Shown here: one piece after another, positions 49,903-60,108 of the stretch
Layout of the letters: every line of letters begins with the position of its first letter
Position numbering within the stretch: the stretch's first letter is position 1
Assembly (NCBI GenBank): GCA_963848295.1
Contig: CAWKDB010000010.1
Coordinates: 352,001 to 416,000 of the forward strand
Origin: an uncultured delta proteobacterium
Lineage (GTDB): Bacteria > Myxococcota_A > Polyangia > Haliangiales > Haliangiaceae
Direction: 5' to 3'
DNA: 64,000 nucleotides
Made by a program: the position numbers and the translations under genes
The notes under the pieces: generated by a model
What the model was told of the DNA's origin: nothing
Databases searched by the model: none
Seen by the model: the letters and a program-made list of their open reading frames with translations, nothing else

Positions 49903-50286
49903 GGTGTGAGCGTCCCCGACGGCTACCGAGAGCCACGGTCCATTGGGCGCGCCTGTGTCCGCAACCGGCGCATCCTGCGAGTTCATCGGCGAATGCGAAT
50001 GGCAGCTCGGCGCCACCATCAACGCACCCAACGCCACCATCCGCCGCGCCATCACCGTCCTCCGATTCTACGACAATCCGCCCTCGCCGCGGACCTGATT
50101 ACGTCTCTTTGGTCGGGGCCGCTTCGGCGACGAGGCCCGAAGTCCGCAACCTTAGCGCGCACGACTACAGCGCCTCACAAATCCACGCCGAAGGACTAGC
50201 GAGTATGGACAGAGGACGCGTGCCCGACGCAGACAACTACGCGCGATTTCCGCGAACGGTTACAGCGCCGGCGGCATTCTAGGCTG

Positions 50287-53200
50287 ATGGATCCGGATCG
50301 CGTTGCGGCACTGACCGCCGAGCTCACGTGGCTGCGCCGGCTGGCGCGCGCGCTGGTCGGCGACCGAGGCGACGATGTCGCGCACGATGCGTGGCTCGTC
50401 GGAGTGGCGCAGGCGCCCGCCGATGGCCGGCCGCTGCGGCCTTGGCTTGCACGCGTCACGCGCAACCTCGTGCGGATGGAGGCGCGCGCCGATGGTCGAC
50501 GTTCACGCCGCGAGGACTATGCGGCCGATGCAGCCGAACCGGCGCTAGATCCCGACGCTCTTGTCGCCCGGGCCCAGGCGCAGCGCGCACTCGTCGATGC
50601 CGTGCTCGCGCTCGACGAGCCGTATCGATCGACAGTGTTACTCCACTACTTCGAGGAACTGCCGAGCGCCGCGATCGCGCGCCGCCTCGGCATCCCCGAC
50701 GGCACCGTGCGGCGTCGGCTCAAGGAAGCGCTCGATCGCCTGCGCGCGCGCTTGGGCAGTGACGAGCGCGGCCGCCTGCGCGTGCTCGCGCCGTTGCTCG
50801 TACCACTCGGCCGCGGAGCGGGTGTCCCCGCCACCGCAGGAAGCATCATCATGACAAAGCTCGCGTTGCTGATCGCGCTGGTAGTTGTTGTCCTCATCGT
50901 GTGGCGTTGGCAAATCGGCTCGAAGGGTGCCGATATCGATCGCGACGTCGCGACGGGCGCGCGGCCCGCGTGGGACCGAACCGGCGCACCAACGCAGCGC
51001 GACCGCGCCGATGTACCTGCGTGGTTCGCGGTACGAGGCGTTGGCCCGCACACGATCGCAGGTCGGGTAACCCTCGACGGCGCACCGGTGCCGAACGCGC
51101 TCGTCGCGCTGAATGATCCACTGACTCGCGCCGGCGTTCGCCCGGCGCTGCAACTACGCACCCGCAGCGACGGTACGTTCGACTTCGGCTCGCAATTGCC
51201 ATGCGCGTACTACGAGGTGACCGCGAACGCACCCGGTGCGATTGCTGCGATCGCGCACACGAACTCGTCCGATCCGGGCGCGCGCCCGACGTCGGATCAT
51301 CTCGAGCTCCGCCTACGGTCCTGCACGACGTCGATCGCAGGTACCGTTCAAGACGCTGGAGGCACGCCGATCGCTCACGCTCACGCGTTGCGCGAAGGCC
51401 TGGTCGGCGTCGACGCCGACGATCGCGGCGAATACCGGCTCTGCGTCCCGCGCGGCGCCGAACAGATCACGTACGAGGCCGAAGGTTATGGCAGCGTTGC
51501 GCTGACGATCGACTCCCAGGGCGAGACGCGGCAAGACGTCGTGCTCGTGCCCGAGGCGACCGTGTCCGGCCGAGTCGTCGCGGACAGCGACGGTCATCCG
51601 CTCGCCGGCGCACTGGTGCGCGCGAAGGCATGGCGCGACACGCCGGAGCGCCCGGCCGACACGAGCACGCTGACCGACCGCGACGGGCGATTTCAGCTCG
51701 CTGGCCTCGCGCCCGATCGCTACAACGTCGATGCGGTCGGCGATGGCGCGATGGCTGATAGCGTCGCCGTAGTCGCAAAGGTCGGCGGCGCCAGCGAGGT
51801 CGTACTCCACGCGGTCGCGCAGGCGCGGATTGTCGGTCGCATCACGAGCCGCGGCGAGCCGGTCGCCGGCGCGCACTTGGCCGCCGTGCGGGCCAATCCG
51901 CATCACTACTCGGAGGGCGCCGCGAGCCAACCTGACGGGAGCTTCGTGATCGAGCACGTCCCCCTCGGCGACGTGACGTTCACCGCGGCGCCGTATCGTC
52001 TGTTGTCGCCCGAGCACGTGAAGGTCGCTGGCGACACCTCCGTCGCTCTCGAGGTCGCCCCGCTCGCGACCGTCCGCGGTCGCGTGACGCGACACGGTCT
52101 CCCGGTCGCCGACGCCGATGTGTGCTGCATCACGACCATCGCGGGCGGAGGCGACATGATCTCGAGCGAAGGCGACGGCACGTTCGAGTTCCGCGGCGTA
52201 CGCGCCGGTCACTACGTGTTGGCGGCTACGAGCCACGATCTCGGCGCGTTCGTAGAGGCAACCGCGATCGACGTCGTCGACGACGACAAGACCATCGATC
52301 TCGAGCTCGATCTCGCGGCAACGATCTCCGGCACGGTCGTCGACCAAGATGATCACCCCGTCCCCGGTGTGCTCGTGCGATGGCGGCACGAACAGACCGG
52401 TGATCTCGGTAAGTGCATCACCGATGTCGCCGGCAACTATCGCTGTTCGGCGATGACCGGCGGTGGCTCGTATCACGTCAGCGTGTACCCGAGCAGCGAC
52501 CAGCCGCCGTTCCCGGCCGCAACCGGGCACCCGTATGCAAGCGCGAAGCTGGAGAACGGAACATCGAGCATCGACGGCGTGCGCATCGCGATCGATCGCC
52601 AATCCCTCGCGATTTCCGGTCACGTGGTCGATAGCGCCGGCAACGCGGTCGCCGATGCGCTCGTCGAGGTCCAACCGGCTGCGGTCGGCGCAACGCCGGT
52701 GTTCGACGTATGGCGCAAACGTCCGTCGACGTTCAGCGACGGCGATGGCTCGTTCACGATCTCCGGGCTGACCGAGGGCCACTACGCCGTCCACGCCCGC
52801 ACCGGCGACGGTGGCGAAGGCACGAGCGGCGACGTCGCGGCTGGAACGACGACCGCTGCCGTCGCGGTCGCGCGGCCCGGCGCGATCAGCGGCGTGCTCG
52901 TCGGCTTTGCAGCTCCGCCATTCGTCGATCTCTCGCAAGTCGACAACGCGCCGAACCGTGCGCACGCCGACATGACCGACGCCGCGAGCTTCACCCTCGG
53001 CGGGCTCCGCCCGGGCCGCTATGTCATCGGCGCGCAGACGTTCCAAGATGGTGACGCCGAGATTGTAGACGTCCGAGCGGGCGAGACGACGCCGGTAACG
53101 ATGCGAGCTCGGGGCAGCGCGGGTATCGACATTCGCGTGCTCGACTTCCGCACCCGCAAGCCGGTCGCGGGCCAGGCCTGCCATGTCACGGTCGCAGCGG

Positions 53201-53685
53201 GCGGCCTGACAAACATCTCGAACTGGGATTGGCGCACGGTTCCGGCGACCGACGCGAACGGACGTACGACGCTCGACAAGGTGCCGTCCGGCGCGGTGCA
53301 GGTGCTGTGTCACGACCCGACCGTCGCGACCTCCGCGCCATCGGCCGATATCATCTTGCCGTTGGGCGGCCACGGCTCGGTCGAGCTGCTCGCGGTCACC
53401 GCGTGGCGGCTGTGGCCGACCGCCGTCGGCATTTCTTTCGACTGGCGCACGGCCACGCCGCGCATCGCGGTGCTCGATCCGGGCGGCGCCGGCGAGAGTG
53501 CAGGCTTGCTCGTCGGCGACGTCGTCATCGCGGTCGACGGCGCGTCGGTCGCCGGTCTGAACGGCGACGGCGTCAGCTGGCTGCTGTGGGACCATGACTC
53601 GGGCACGCCGATCCGCGTCGGGGTCAGCCGTGGTGGTATCGCGATGACGTTCACCGTCGTCGGCCAGCCGCCGAAGTATCAATAG
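50287..53685 (+). CDS. ECF sigma-70 factor fused to TM helix, carboxypeptidase-regulatory-like repeats and C-terminal PDZ
   Basis: DDVAHDAW/WLARVTRN (sigma2), LHYFEEL..IARRLGIPDGTVRRRL (sigma4), TM, G.V.D..G.P..GA repeats, AGLLVGDVVIAVDG. Confidence 0.9.
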   Translation: MDPDRVAALTAELTWLRRLARALVGDRGDDVAHDAWLVGVAQAPADGRPLRPWLARVTRNLVRMEARADGRRSRREDYAADAAEPALDPDALVARAQAQRALVDAVLALDEPYRSTVLLHYFEELPSAAIARRLGIPDGTVRRRLKEALDRLRARLGSDERGRLRVLAPLLVPLGRGAGVPATAGSIIMTKLALLIALVVVVLIVWRWQIGSKGADIDRDVATGARPAWDRTGAPTQRDRADVPAWFAVRGVGPHTIAGRVTLDGAPVPNALVALNDPLTRAGVRPALQLRTRSDGTFDFGSQLPCAYYEVTANAPGAIAAIAHTNSSDPGARPTSDHLELRLRSCTTSIAGTVQDAGGTPIAHAHALREGLVGVDADDRGEYRLCVPRGAEQITYEAEGYGSVALTIDSQGETRQDVVLVPEATVSGRVVADSDGHPLAGALVRAKAWRDTPERPADTSTLTDRDGRFQLAGLAPDRYNVDAVGDGAMADSVAVVAKVGGASEVVLHAVAQARIVGRITSRGEPVAGAHLAAVRANPHHYSEGAASQPDGSFVIEHVPLGDVTFTAAPYRLLSPEHVKVAGDTSVALEVAPLATVRGRVTRHGLPVADADVCCITTIAGGGDMISSEGDGTFEFRGVRAGHYVLAATSHDLGAFVEATAIDVVDDDKTIDLELDLAATISGTVVDQDDHPVPGVLVRWRHEQTGDLGKCITDVAGNYRCSAMTGGGSYHVSVYPSSDQPPFPAATGHPYASAKLENGTSSIDGVRIAIDRQSLAISGHVVDSAGNAVADALVEVQPAAVGATPVFDVWRKRPSTFSDGDGSFTISGLTEGHYAVHARTGDGGEGTSGDVAAGTTTAAVAVARPGAISGVLVGFAAPPFVDLSQVDNAPNRAHADMTDAASFTLGGLRPGRYVIGAQTFQDGDAEIVDVRAGETTPVTMRARGSAGIDIRVLDFRTRKPVAGQACHVTVAAGGLTNISNWDWRTVPATDANGRTTLDKVPSGAVQVLCHDPTVATSAPSADIILPLGGHGSVELLAVTAWRLWPTAVGISFDWRTATPRIAVLDPGGAGESAGLLVGDVVIAVDGASVAGLNGDGVSWLLWDHDSGTPIRVGVSRGGIAMTFTVVGQPPKYQ

Positions 53686-53705
53686 AGCTTCTCTGACGAG
53701 GCCGA

Positions 53706-53978
53706 TCAGACACCGAAGAATTCCTTCAGGCGCCTATCGATCTCGACGAGGTACTTGAACACTTCTGCCGATTCCTCGGAAAGCTCGCCCGCGGTGAATA
53801 GCTTTGCCGCGCGGAGGAGATGCTGTCTCGCTTCCAACAGATTCGCGCGATACCGATCGCTGGTTACACCTTCGCCAATGATCGTCATGAGGGCGTACGC
53901 TAGGCGCGCCTCCATGCTGGCGCGAAGCGCGTCGTCGTCGTCCGGGACCTCGAGGACGAGTTTCGTGTGAACCACCAC
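53706..53978 (-). CDS. Hypothetical protein
   Basis: 90-aa helical-looking ORF. Confidence 0.45.
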   Translation of the reverse strand: MVVHTKLVLEVPDDDDALRASMEARLAYALMTIIGEGVTSDRYRANLLEARQHLLRAAKLFTAGELSEESAEVFKYLVEIDRRLKEFFGV

Positions 53979-54080
53979 CTTTTCGAGGTCGGCGTCCTCG
54001 GCACCGTCTAGACTTGCGATCCGGACGTAAGCGTTTCCGAGATTGCGATGAACGGAAACCCATCGCTGCGACTTCGGGGC

Positions 54081-54594
54081 AGGGCCCTCGAATGGATAAC
54101 GTGATTCGTCACCGCGCCATCGGCCGCGGCTGAATCGTGTAGTTCCAGTCGCCGTGGAAGACGTGCGGCACGATCTTCAGCTCGCTCATCTGCTTCGGCG
54201 TGACCTTCTTCCCGGTCGGGTACCGACGACGGTCGATCGTGGCGCTGACGACGAGCCCACCGCTATTCGTGGTGTTGCCGATCAGGTTCACAACGGTCTC
54301 GTAGGTGCGGAGTGCCTTGCCGCGCCAGTTCATCGTGATGAACGAGAACAAGCGGTGCTCGATCTTGTTCCACTTGCTCGTCCCCGGTGGGAAGTGGCTG
54401 ACGTGGATCGGCAGGCGGAGCTTGTCGGCGAGGCGCTGCAACTCGAACTTCCAGACGCGCGCCCGATAGCTGTTGCTTCCGCCCGCGTCGGCGGTGATGA
54501 AGAGTTCCGTGGCATCGGGATAGCGCTTGCTGCCCATCCGCTTCCACCACGCGTCGATTGACGTCACGGCGAACACCGGGGTGTCGTGGTCGGT
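54081..54594 (-). mobile_element. ISAzo13-family transposase remnant (C-terminal half plus one end)
   Basis: DHDTPVFAV, ITADAGGSN, HFPPGTSKWNKIEHRLFS, FHGDWNYTI; possible IR AGGGCCCTCGAATGGATAA at 54081. Confidence 0.88.
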
Positions 54595-54639
54595 GGCGGA
54601 GCGCGGAGACGGCAGAGACACGACAAACGGCGCCGGCGT

Positions 54640-54711
54640 CTAGGCAACTTCGCGGTCGAGCGCTTCACCGACGCCGAGCACATGCGCGAGCGCTCGTTCG
54701 ACGTGCCGCCG
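54640..54711 (+). pseudogene. Fragment of a second WYL gene
   Basis: LGNFAVERFTDAEHMRERSFDVPP vs LGVFALERFTEAEHLRAHDFVMPP in 39827-40852 (15/24 identical). Confidence 0.75.
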
Positions 54712-54780
54712 GGCGGCGCGTGGTTCGCGATCGAGGCGCCGCGCGATGGCAAGTCGCTGCTCGTCGCGTTCGGAGATGCG

Positions 54781-55815
54781 CTACGGCCGCGGAGAGTGCT
54801 CCGGCGTCGCAGCCGCAGCCGCTCCCGGCGCTGCGGCCGCTGTCGGCGCTGGAGCCGCTACGGGAACGCCGTTTTCGTCTAACATGACGTAGGTCGGCGC
54901 GGCATCCGCCGCGGCCTTGGCTTGATCTCCGGCGAGCCTGGTTTGCTCCGTTGCCACGAACGCGGCCGACGACCCGTCGCCGGCCGCGAGCGAGGCCTGG
55001 CCGATCGCGATCTCGCGCTGCTCTTGCGCGATCGAGTCGCGGTCACCCGCGCGCGTCCATTCGGAGGTCTCGGTGTGGAACGCCGTCGCGTGGACCTGGA
55101 CGGCAACGGTCAGGCCGCTCGCGAGATAGAACTTGAACAAGGTCGCGTTGAGCTGGTTCGCCGACATCGCCCCGGAGAGGCCAAGCACCACCGCGCTGCC
55201 GTCGATGTGGTACGAGACCGCGCCGCCCGGACCGGCCATCAGCGACACGTTGGTGATCTGAGCTAGCTGGGCCGGCGTAATTCCAGCGCTGGCGGTGGAG
55301 CTGTCTTGGATCTGCGCGAACGGGACGCGCGCGCTGATCGAGAATACTGGTCGACCATCGGCCCCCACCGACGTCACGGCGGCTTCCGCGGGATGGTCAA
55401 GCGTCACGTGACTAGATGCGTTCGCCGCGCCGACAATCACGCTCGCACCCAGCGCGCCGCCGTCTTGAGCCACCCCGTCGAGCGCCGGTGGCGCGGCCTG
55501 ACTCCCCGCGAGCGCCGCCGTCACCTGCTGGACGAAGGCATTGCCGAGCGTCGAGTGGAGGCGAAACAAGATCGCATCGCGGTCTTGCGGGTAACGATGG
55601 ATCAGCGCGACCACCGCGTTCGGGTCCAGCGGCGCCGGTCCGGCCATCAGGTGGCTCAACGCCTGGACGCCGGTGCCCACCGCGGGGCCCGGTTGTGGAG
55701 CGGGCGTGGTCGCTGGGGCATGCGACGCCGGCGCGGGCATCGGAGCTTGGTCCTTCGTTGCCGGCGCAGACTGGGCCAAGGTCGACGCGGCAGGGGCAGG
55801 CACCTCCAGGCTCAT
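54781..55815 (-). CDS. Hypothetical Ala/Pro-rich protein with LHSTLGNAFVQQ motif
   Basis: GGAGG RBS, 344-aa ORF directly downstream of the ECF sigma. Confidence 0.75.
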   Translation of the reverse strand: MSLEVPAPAASTLAQSAPATKDQAPMPAPASHAPATTPAPQPGPAVGTGVQALSHLMAGPAPLDPNAVVALIHRYPQDRDAILFRLHSTLGNAFVQQVTAALAGSQAAPPALDGVAQDGGALGASVIVGAANASSHVTLDHPAEAAVTSVGADGRPVFSISARVPFAQIQDSSTASAGITPAQLAQITNVSLMAGPGGAVSYHIDGSAVVLGLSGAMSANQLNATLFKFYLASGLTVAVQVHATAFHTETSEWTRAGDRDSIAQEQREIAIGQASLAAGDGSSAAFVATEQTRLAGDQAKAAADAAPTYVMLDENGVPVAAPAPTAAAAPGAAAAATPEHSPRP

Positions 55816-55876
55816 CCAGTTCCTCCGAGCGCTTCACCGCGCACGACATAGAGATGGTTGCATGAGCTCACGAACA

Positions 55877-55904
55877 CCGATGCACTCAAATCGGGGAGGT
55901 TGCA
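55877..55904 (-). promoter_or_regulatory. Candidate ECF promoter TGCAAC-N15-GCATCGG, copy 1
   Basis: Upstream of 54781-55815; same boxes and spacing as copies 2 and 3. Confidence 0.65.
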
Positions 55905-55929
55905 CGAGTTTCGACCGCTTACCTGGCGA

Positions 55930-56694
55930 TCACCATGCGACATCGAGGCTCGACGCCAGCGCGCGGATCAGGCTATCGACGTCGCTCGCAGCGACCCCGA
56001 CCCGTGACATCAGCTCGCTGCGCAGAGCATCGAGCAAGCGCGCGCGTGCGTCGGTGAGCCAACGAAACATCGTGACCCGGTGGACCTGATAGAGCTCGGC
56101 TAGTTGTTCGGTGCCGGTTGCCTCGACGAAACACAACCGCAGCAACGTGCGCTCGCGCGGCGTCAACGCGGCGAGCGCGGCTTGAAACGCTTCGGCGAGG
56201 TCGGCGCGATGCGCCTGCTTCGTGAGCTCGAGTGCTGGATTGCCTTCGACCGCGATCAAGAGTGCGTCTTCGGATACCGGCCGCTCGTTGCGCGTGCGGC
56301 GGCGCAGCATCAACGTCTCGCGGATCGCGATGACCTGGACCCATGCAGCGAGTGAGCCACGCGCGCGATACTCGACGATCCGCGGCTCACCCGCTGCGAC
56401 GAGCAGCTTGACCCGGACCTGTTGCAACGCATCTTCCACGAGGCCTCCGCCAGGATCGAGCCGCGCGAGCGCACCCCGAACGTCGGGAACGATCTCGGCT
56501 TCAAACACGCGGAGTGCCGTTGCGTCCCCGCGCGCGAGGCCGCACATCAAGCCGACATCGAGGCCGTAGCGCGAATCTGCAGCGATGGCGCGGTCGGCGA
56601 GCGCACGAGCGAGCTCGGTACGTTCGAGATGCAGCCCGGGCCACCGTGCGGCGGAGGCCGCGATCAGATCGTCGAGCACGTCGTCGGCGATCAT
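55930..56694 (-). CDS. Myxobacterial-type ECF sigma-70 factor (TIGR03001-like)
   Basis: CGLARGD..ALRVFE, EYRARGSLAAWV, LTPRERTLLRL, YQVHRVTMFRWL; ATGA overlap with kinase stop. Confidence 0.85.
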   Translation of the reverse strand: MIADDVLDDLIAASAARWPGLHLERTELARALADRAIAADSRYGLDVGLMCGLARGDATALRVFEAEIVPDVRGALARLDPGGGLVEDALQQVRVKLLVAAGEPRIVEYRARGSLAAWVQVIAIRETLMLRRRTRNERPVSEDALLIAVEGNPALELTKQAHRADLAEAFQAALAALTPRERTLLRLCFVEATGTEQLAELYQVHRVTMFRWLTDARARLLDALRSELMSRVGVAASDVDSLIRALASSLDVAW

Positions 56695-59279
56695 CGCGAG
56701 TTGTGGGCCGCCAACCATTTTGCGATTCCCGACGCGTCACCGTCGTAGCTCGGACCGAGTGCGACATAGCCGGCGCGCGCGGCCTCTGCGAGTGCGCGGG
56801 CGCGAGCATGCGCGCCGTCATGCCAGAGGAGCTGCGCGAGCAGGTAGCGCGAGCCGTAGGCATCGACGTGGACGGCTCCGGTCGCATCCCAGATCTTGAC
56901 GGATTGTTCGGCGAGCGCGGTCGCTGCTCGTGGATCGCGATCGGCAAGTAGCAGCGCGATCCGGAACTGAGCGAAAGCAACCGCGGGATGGTTCGCGCCG
57001 TAGCCATGCTGCGCGAGCGCGAGCGCACGATGGAACAGCTCGAGTGCTCGAGCGCCGTGGCCCCTCTCTTGTTCGACGCGGCCGAGCAACATCGTGGGCT
57101 CGAAGACGTACGGATGATCCGGACCGAGCGCGCCCGTGCGGATCTTGATCACGCGTTCGAACAGACCGGCGGCGCGATCGAGCTGTCCCGCGGCCAGCGC
57201 GATCGTCCCCAGATCGGTGAGCGGAACCGCAATGTCGGGATGATCGGGCCCGACGGTAGCTTCGAACATCGCGACGGATCGCGAGAGCACCTCGCGCGCG
57301 TCGTCGAGCTTGCCTTGCTCGTGGAGCACCGAGCCGATGTTGCCGAGCACCCCCGCGATCTCGGGAGCGTCGATCTCGCCGTACTTCCGCTGCGTCGCGA
57401 TCAGCGCGGCGCGGTAGTGGCGCTCGGCATCCGCGTAGTTGCCGCTCGACTCGGCGGCGTTGCCGAGGGTGTTCTCGAGAGGCGCGACGAGTGAGTCGTC
57501 ACGCGGGAGACGGCCCGCCGCCGCCTCGAGCAGCGGGACGATCGCGGCCAGCTCGGTCGACCGACCGAGATCGACGAGGATCTTCACGAGCGCGATCATC
57601 GCCGTTACGCGTGCCGGATCGTCTTGCCCCCGTTCGGCCAGCGACACGGCCTCGTGGGCGAATGCCAGCGCGTCGGTGTCGTGGCCGTCGCGCATCGCGA
57701 GGTCGGCGCGGGTGTAAGCGATCGTCGCGGCCAGGCCCAGATCGGCCTTCGGGAGCGCGGCGAGCGAGGTCAGGCGCGTCATCGCCTCGCTATATCGCCC
57801 AGCCGAGCGAAGCGCCGCGGCCTCGGCGAGCTGGGTGCGGACGAGTTGATGCAGCGGAAGGTTCCACCTGCCCTGGGCGACCGGGTCATCGCAGGCGTCC
57901 GCTCGCGCGAGTTGGGCGACTGCGGCGAGTGCCTGCGCGGCGTTGCTGCGGTCGGAGATCGCGCCGAGCACGGCGGCGAGTTGGTGGCGCTGGTCTTCGA
58001 GACACGCGCCCCGCCGGTCGGCGAGCTCGGCCGACTGGGTGCCGCGCTGGCGCGAGGTGCATACGTCGACGACGGCGGTACTCCAGCCACGCGCGCGTTC
58101 GTCGATCAGCTCGATCGTGCGCGGAGCGAGCGTCTGGGTCGGTGAAGGGTCGCGCGTCGCGAGCGCCGTTGCGAGCTCCGTTCGCCGCGGTGCGCTCCAC
58201 ACGCCGCCGACCGCGGGGTCGCCTTCGCAGGTCGGGGTGGCCATCGCGTGGTCACGTTCGCGCCACCACGCGATGCCGAGCGCGACCGCGGCGATTGCAA
58301 CGACGCTGACGACGTAGCGAGGCCAGCGAGGGCGACCGCTACGCTCGAGCTGGTCGACGAGCGCGGTGATCGAAGGGTAGCGTTCCGCCGGTTGCTCGGC
58401 GAGCGCCCGGCGCAACACGCGGGCGATCCGGCCGACCTCGCGTTTGGGCGGCGCAGCGGGAGGATTTCCGAACACGGCTTGCCACGCGGTGATCGCGAAC
58501 GCGTACTGGTCGGAGCGCGCACCGCCGCGTGCGCCGGCCGCGACCTCGGGAGCGAGGTATCCAGGGGTACCGACCAGGCGGGAGGCAGGGCCGCTCGCAT
58601 CGGTCCCCGCGGCCAGCGGTGCGTCGCCATCGAGCTCGGCGATCACGGCCGCGAGGCCGAGGTCGGTGATCCGGGCTCGACCATCGCGGCCGATCAAGAT
58701 GTTCGCCGGCTTGATGTCGCGATGCACCAAGCCTGCGGCGTGCGCGGCGGCGATCCCGCGGCCTGCACCGACGACGACGCGCAGCGCCTCGCCACGCAGA
58801 CGCGGGGCTTCGGCGAGCCACGTCGCAAGATCCGGTCCGTCTACGCGTTCCATCGCGATGAAGAAATCGTCGCCGGCTTCGACGACCTCGTGTACGGCGA
58901 CAACGTTGGGATGCGCGAGCCGAGCCATCGCCTTGGCTTCGGCCACGAGGCGTACCCGTGCGCTCTCGATCGCCGCCGGGCCTCGATCGAGGACGCGCAC
59001 GAGCTTGAGTGCGACGATTCGCTCGAGTTGCGGATCGTGAGCGGCCAGCACGATCCCCATGCCGCCAGCGCCGATCCGGCCTTCGACGATGTAGCGCCCG
59101 ATCTTCGCGCCGCGCGTTGCGAGCTCGGGCGCCAGGACGGTGTTCGCGGTGGTCGACGCGCGGAGGATCGCACCGACCAGCTCGCGACAATCAGCGCAGC
59201 CGTCGAGATGCGCCTCGAGCTCGTTGCGCGGCCCGGTCTGGGCAAGCTCTGACCACGCGTCGGGCTCGGGGCAAGACAC
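56691..59279 (-). CDS. Ser/Thr kinase with N-terminal zf-HC2 (anti-sigma-type zinc finger), TM and TPR repeats
   Basis: HLDGCADC; GAGGMG, VALK, HRDIKPAN, GTPGYLAPE; TM; GPDHP TPR repeats; start GTG 59279. Confidence 0.93.
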   Translation of the reverse strand: MSCPEPDAWSELAQTGPRNELEAHLDGCADCRELVGAILRASTTANTVLAPELATRGAKIGRYIVEGRIGAGGMGIVLAAHDPQLERIVALKLVRVLDRGPAAIESARVRLVAEAKAMARLAHPNVVAVHEVVEAGDDFFIAMERVDGPDLATWLAEAPRLRGEALRVVVGAGRGIAAAHAAGLVHRDIKPANILIGRDGRARITDLGLAAVIAELDGDAPLAAGTDASGPASRLVGTPGYLAPEVAAGARGGARSDQYAFAITAWQAVFGNPPAAPPKREVGRIARVLRRALAEQPAERYPSITALVDQLERSGRPRWPRYVVSVVAIAAVALGIAWWRERDHAMATPTCEGDPAVGGVWSAPRRTELATALATRDPSPTQTLAPRTIELIDERARGWSTAVVDVCTSRQRGTQSAELADRRGACLEDQRHQLAAVLGAISDRSNAAQALAAVAQLARADACDDPVAQGRWNLPLHQLVRTQLAEAAALRSAGRYSEAMTRLTSLAALPKADLGLAATIAYTRADLAMRDGHDTDALAFAHEAVSLAERGQDDPARVTAMIALVKILVDLGRSTELAAIVPLLEAAAGRLPRDDSLVAPLENTLGNAAESSGNYADAERHYRAALIATQRKYGEIDAPEIAGVLGNIGSVLHEQGKLDDAREVLSRSVAMFEATVGPDHPDIAVPLTDLGTIALAAGQLDRAAGLFERVIKIRTGALGPDHPYVFEPTMLLGRVEQERGHGARALELFHRALALAQHGYGANHPAVAFAQFRIALLLADRDPRAATALAEQSVKIWDATGAVHVDAYGSRYLLAQLLWHDGAHARARALAEAARAGYVALGPSYDGDASGIAKWLAAHNSR

Positions 59280-59308
59280 GCGGCGAGTGTGCCATCGTCG
59301 ACTTTTCT

Positions 59309-59336
59309 TGCAACGTCTCCAACCGACGCGCATCGG
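59309..59336 (+). promoter_or_regulatory. Candidate ECF promoter, copy 2
   Basis: TGCAAC-GTCTCCAACCGACGC-GCATCGG, divergent from the kinase. Confidence 0.6.
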
Positions 59337-59552
59337 TTCATGCGCAGAACCCGATTCCCGCATTCGAGCAACGCTTGGTAATGCATGGGTCGGACGAAGG
59401 TCTTGGGAAGGTTCTTACCGTCTCGTGAAGAAGATCACCGTCGCCGTGGAAGATCAGCCGACCGGTCCTTACGGGATTCATCCGTCCGGATAAGCCGGGC
59501 GGCGGCCTCGTGCGTTATGGAACGCTGGTATCTCTCTTGAAGGAAACCGACC

Positions 59553-59993
59553 ATGTGGACCAAACTCTCAAGCATCGGACAAATGAAGCACCTACTCGCG
59601 TCACTCGCGTTCCTCGCCGCCTCTGCTACCGCGTTCGCCAATGGCACCATGCAGGATCACCACTGCAAAGGCACTGACGGCGTCTTTGACCCGGCAAAGA
59701 CCGAGAAGCAATGCGTGGGTGCCAAGGGCGAGTGGGTGAAAGACCGAACGCTCAGCGGCGTGGTGAAGAGCGGCGTGAAAAGCGCTGCTAACCCCGGCGG
59801 CATTGAGGTTTCCGACGTTACGTCGAAACAGGACTACTTCCTCGACGTCCACGGTGACGCGGTACTGATGAAGGCCGTCACCAACCTCAACAGCAAGACC
59901 GTGCGGGTCACCGGCTACGAGGTCATCAAGCCCGAAAACATGATCCCCGAGCAACACTACTTCTACGCGGTCAGCATTGTCGCGAAGAAGTAG
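59553..59993 (+). CDS. Small secreted protein
   Basis: AAGGA RBS; signal peptide; alternative start 59583. Confidence 0.75.
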   Translation: MWTKLSSIGQMKHLLASLAFLAASATAFANGTMQDHHCKGTDGVFDPAKTEKQCVGAKGEWVKDRTLSGVVKSGVKSAANPGGIEVSDVTSKQDYFLDVHGDAVLMKAVTNLNSKTVRVTGYEVIKPENMIPEQHYFYAVSIVAKK

Positions 59994-60108
59994 TTTCTGT
60001 TCTTCACGTGCCCTCCCCACGCGCAACGCGCTGGCCGTAGGATCGCGATCTCGCGATCGGCGTCTCCGTCGTTGACGGCAACTCGCGATGTTCGCGACCC
60101 GACTATCG

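Noticed and set aside
49903..50200. Gene to the right of IS3
   Set aside because: Only a startless coding-like stretch; no supportable call
50253..50282. GGTTACAGC..GGCGGCAT resembles the 3' end of enterobacterial 6S RNA
   Set aside because: No complementary 5' arm upstream for the long 6S hairpin; better explained as the ECF promoter region
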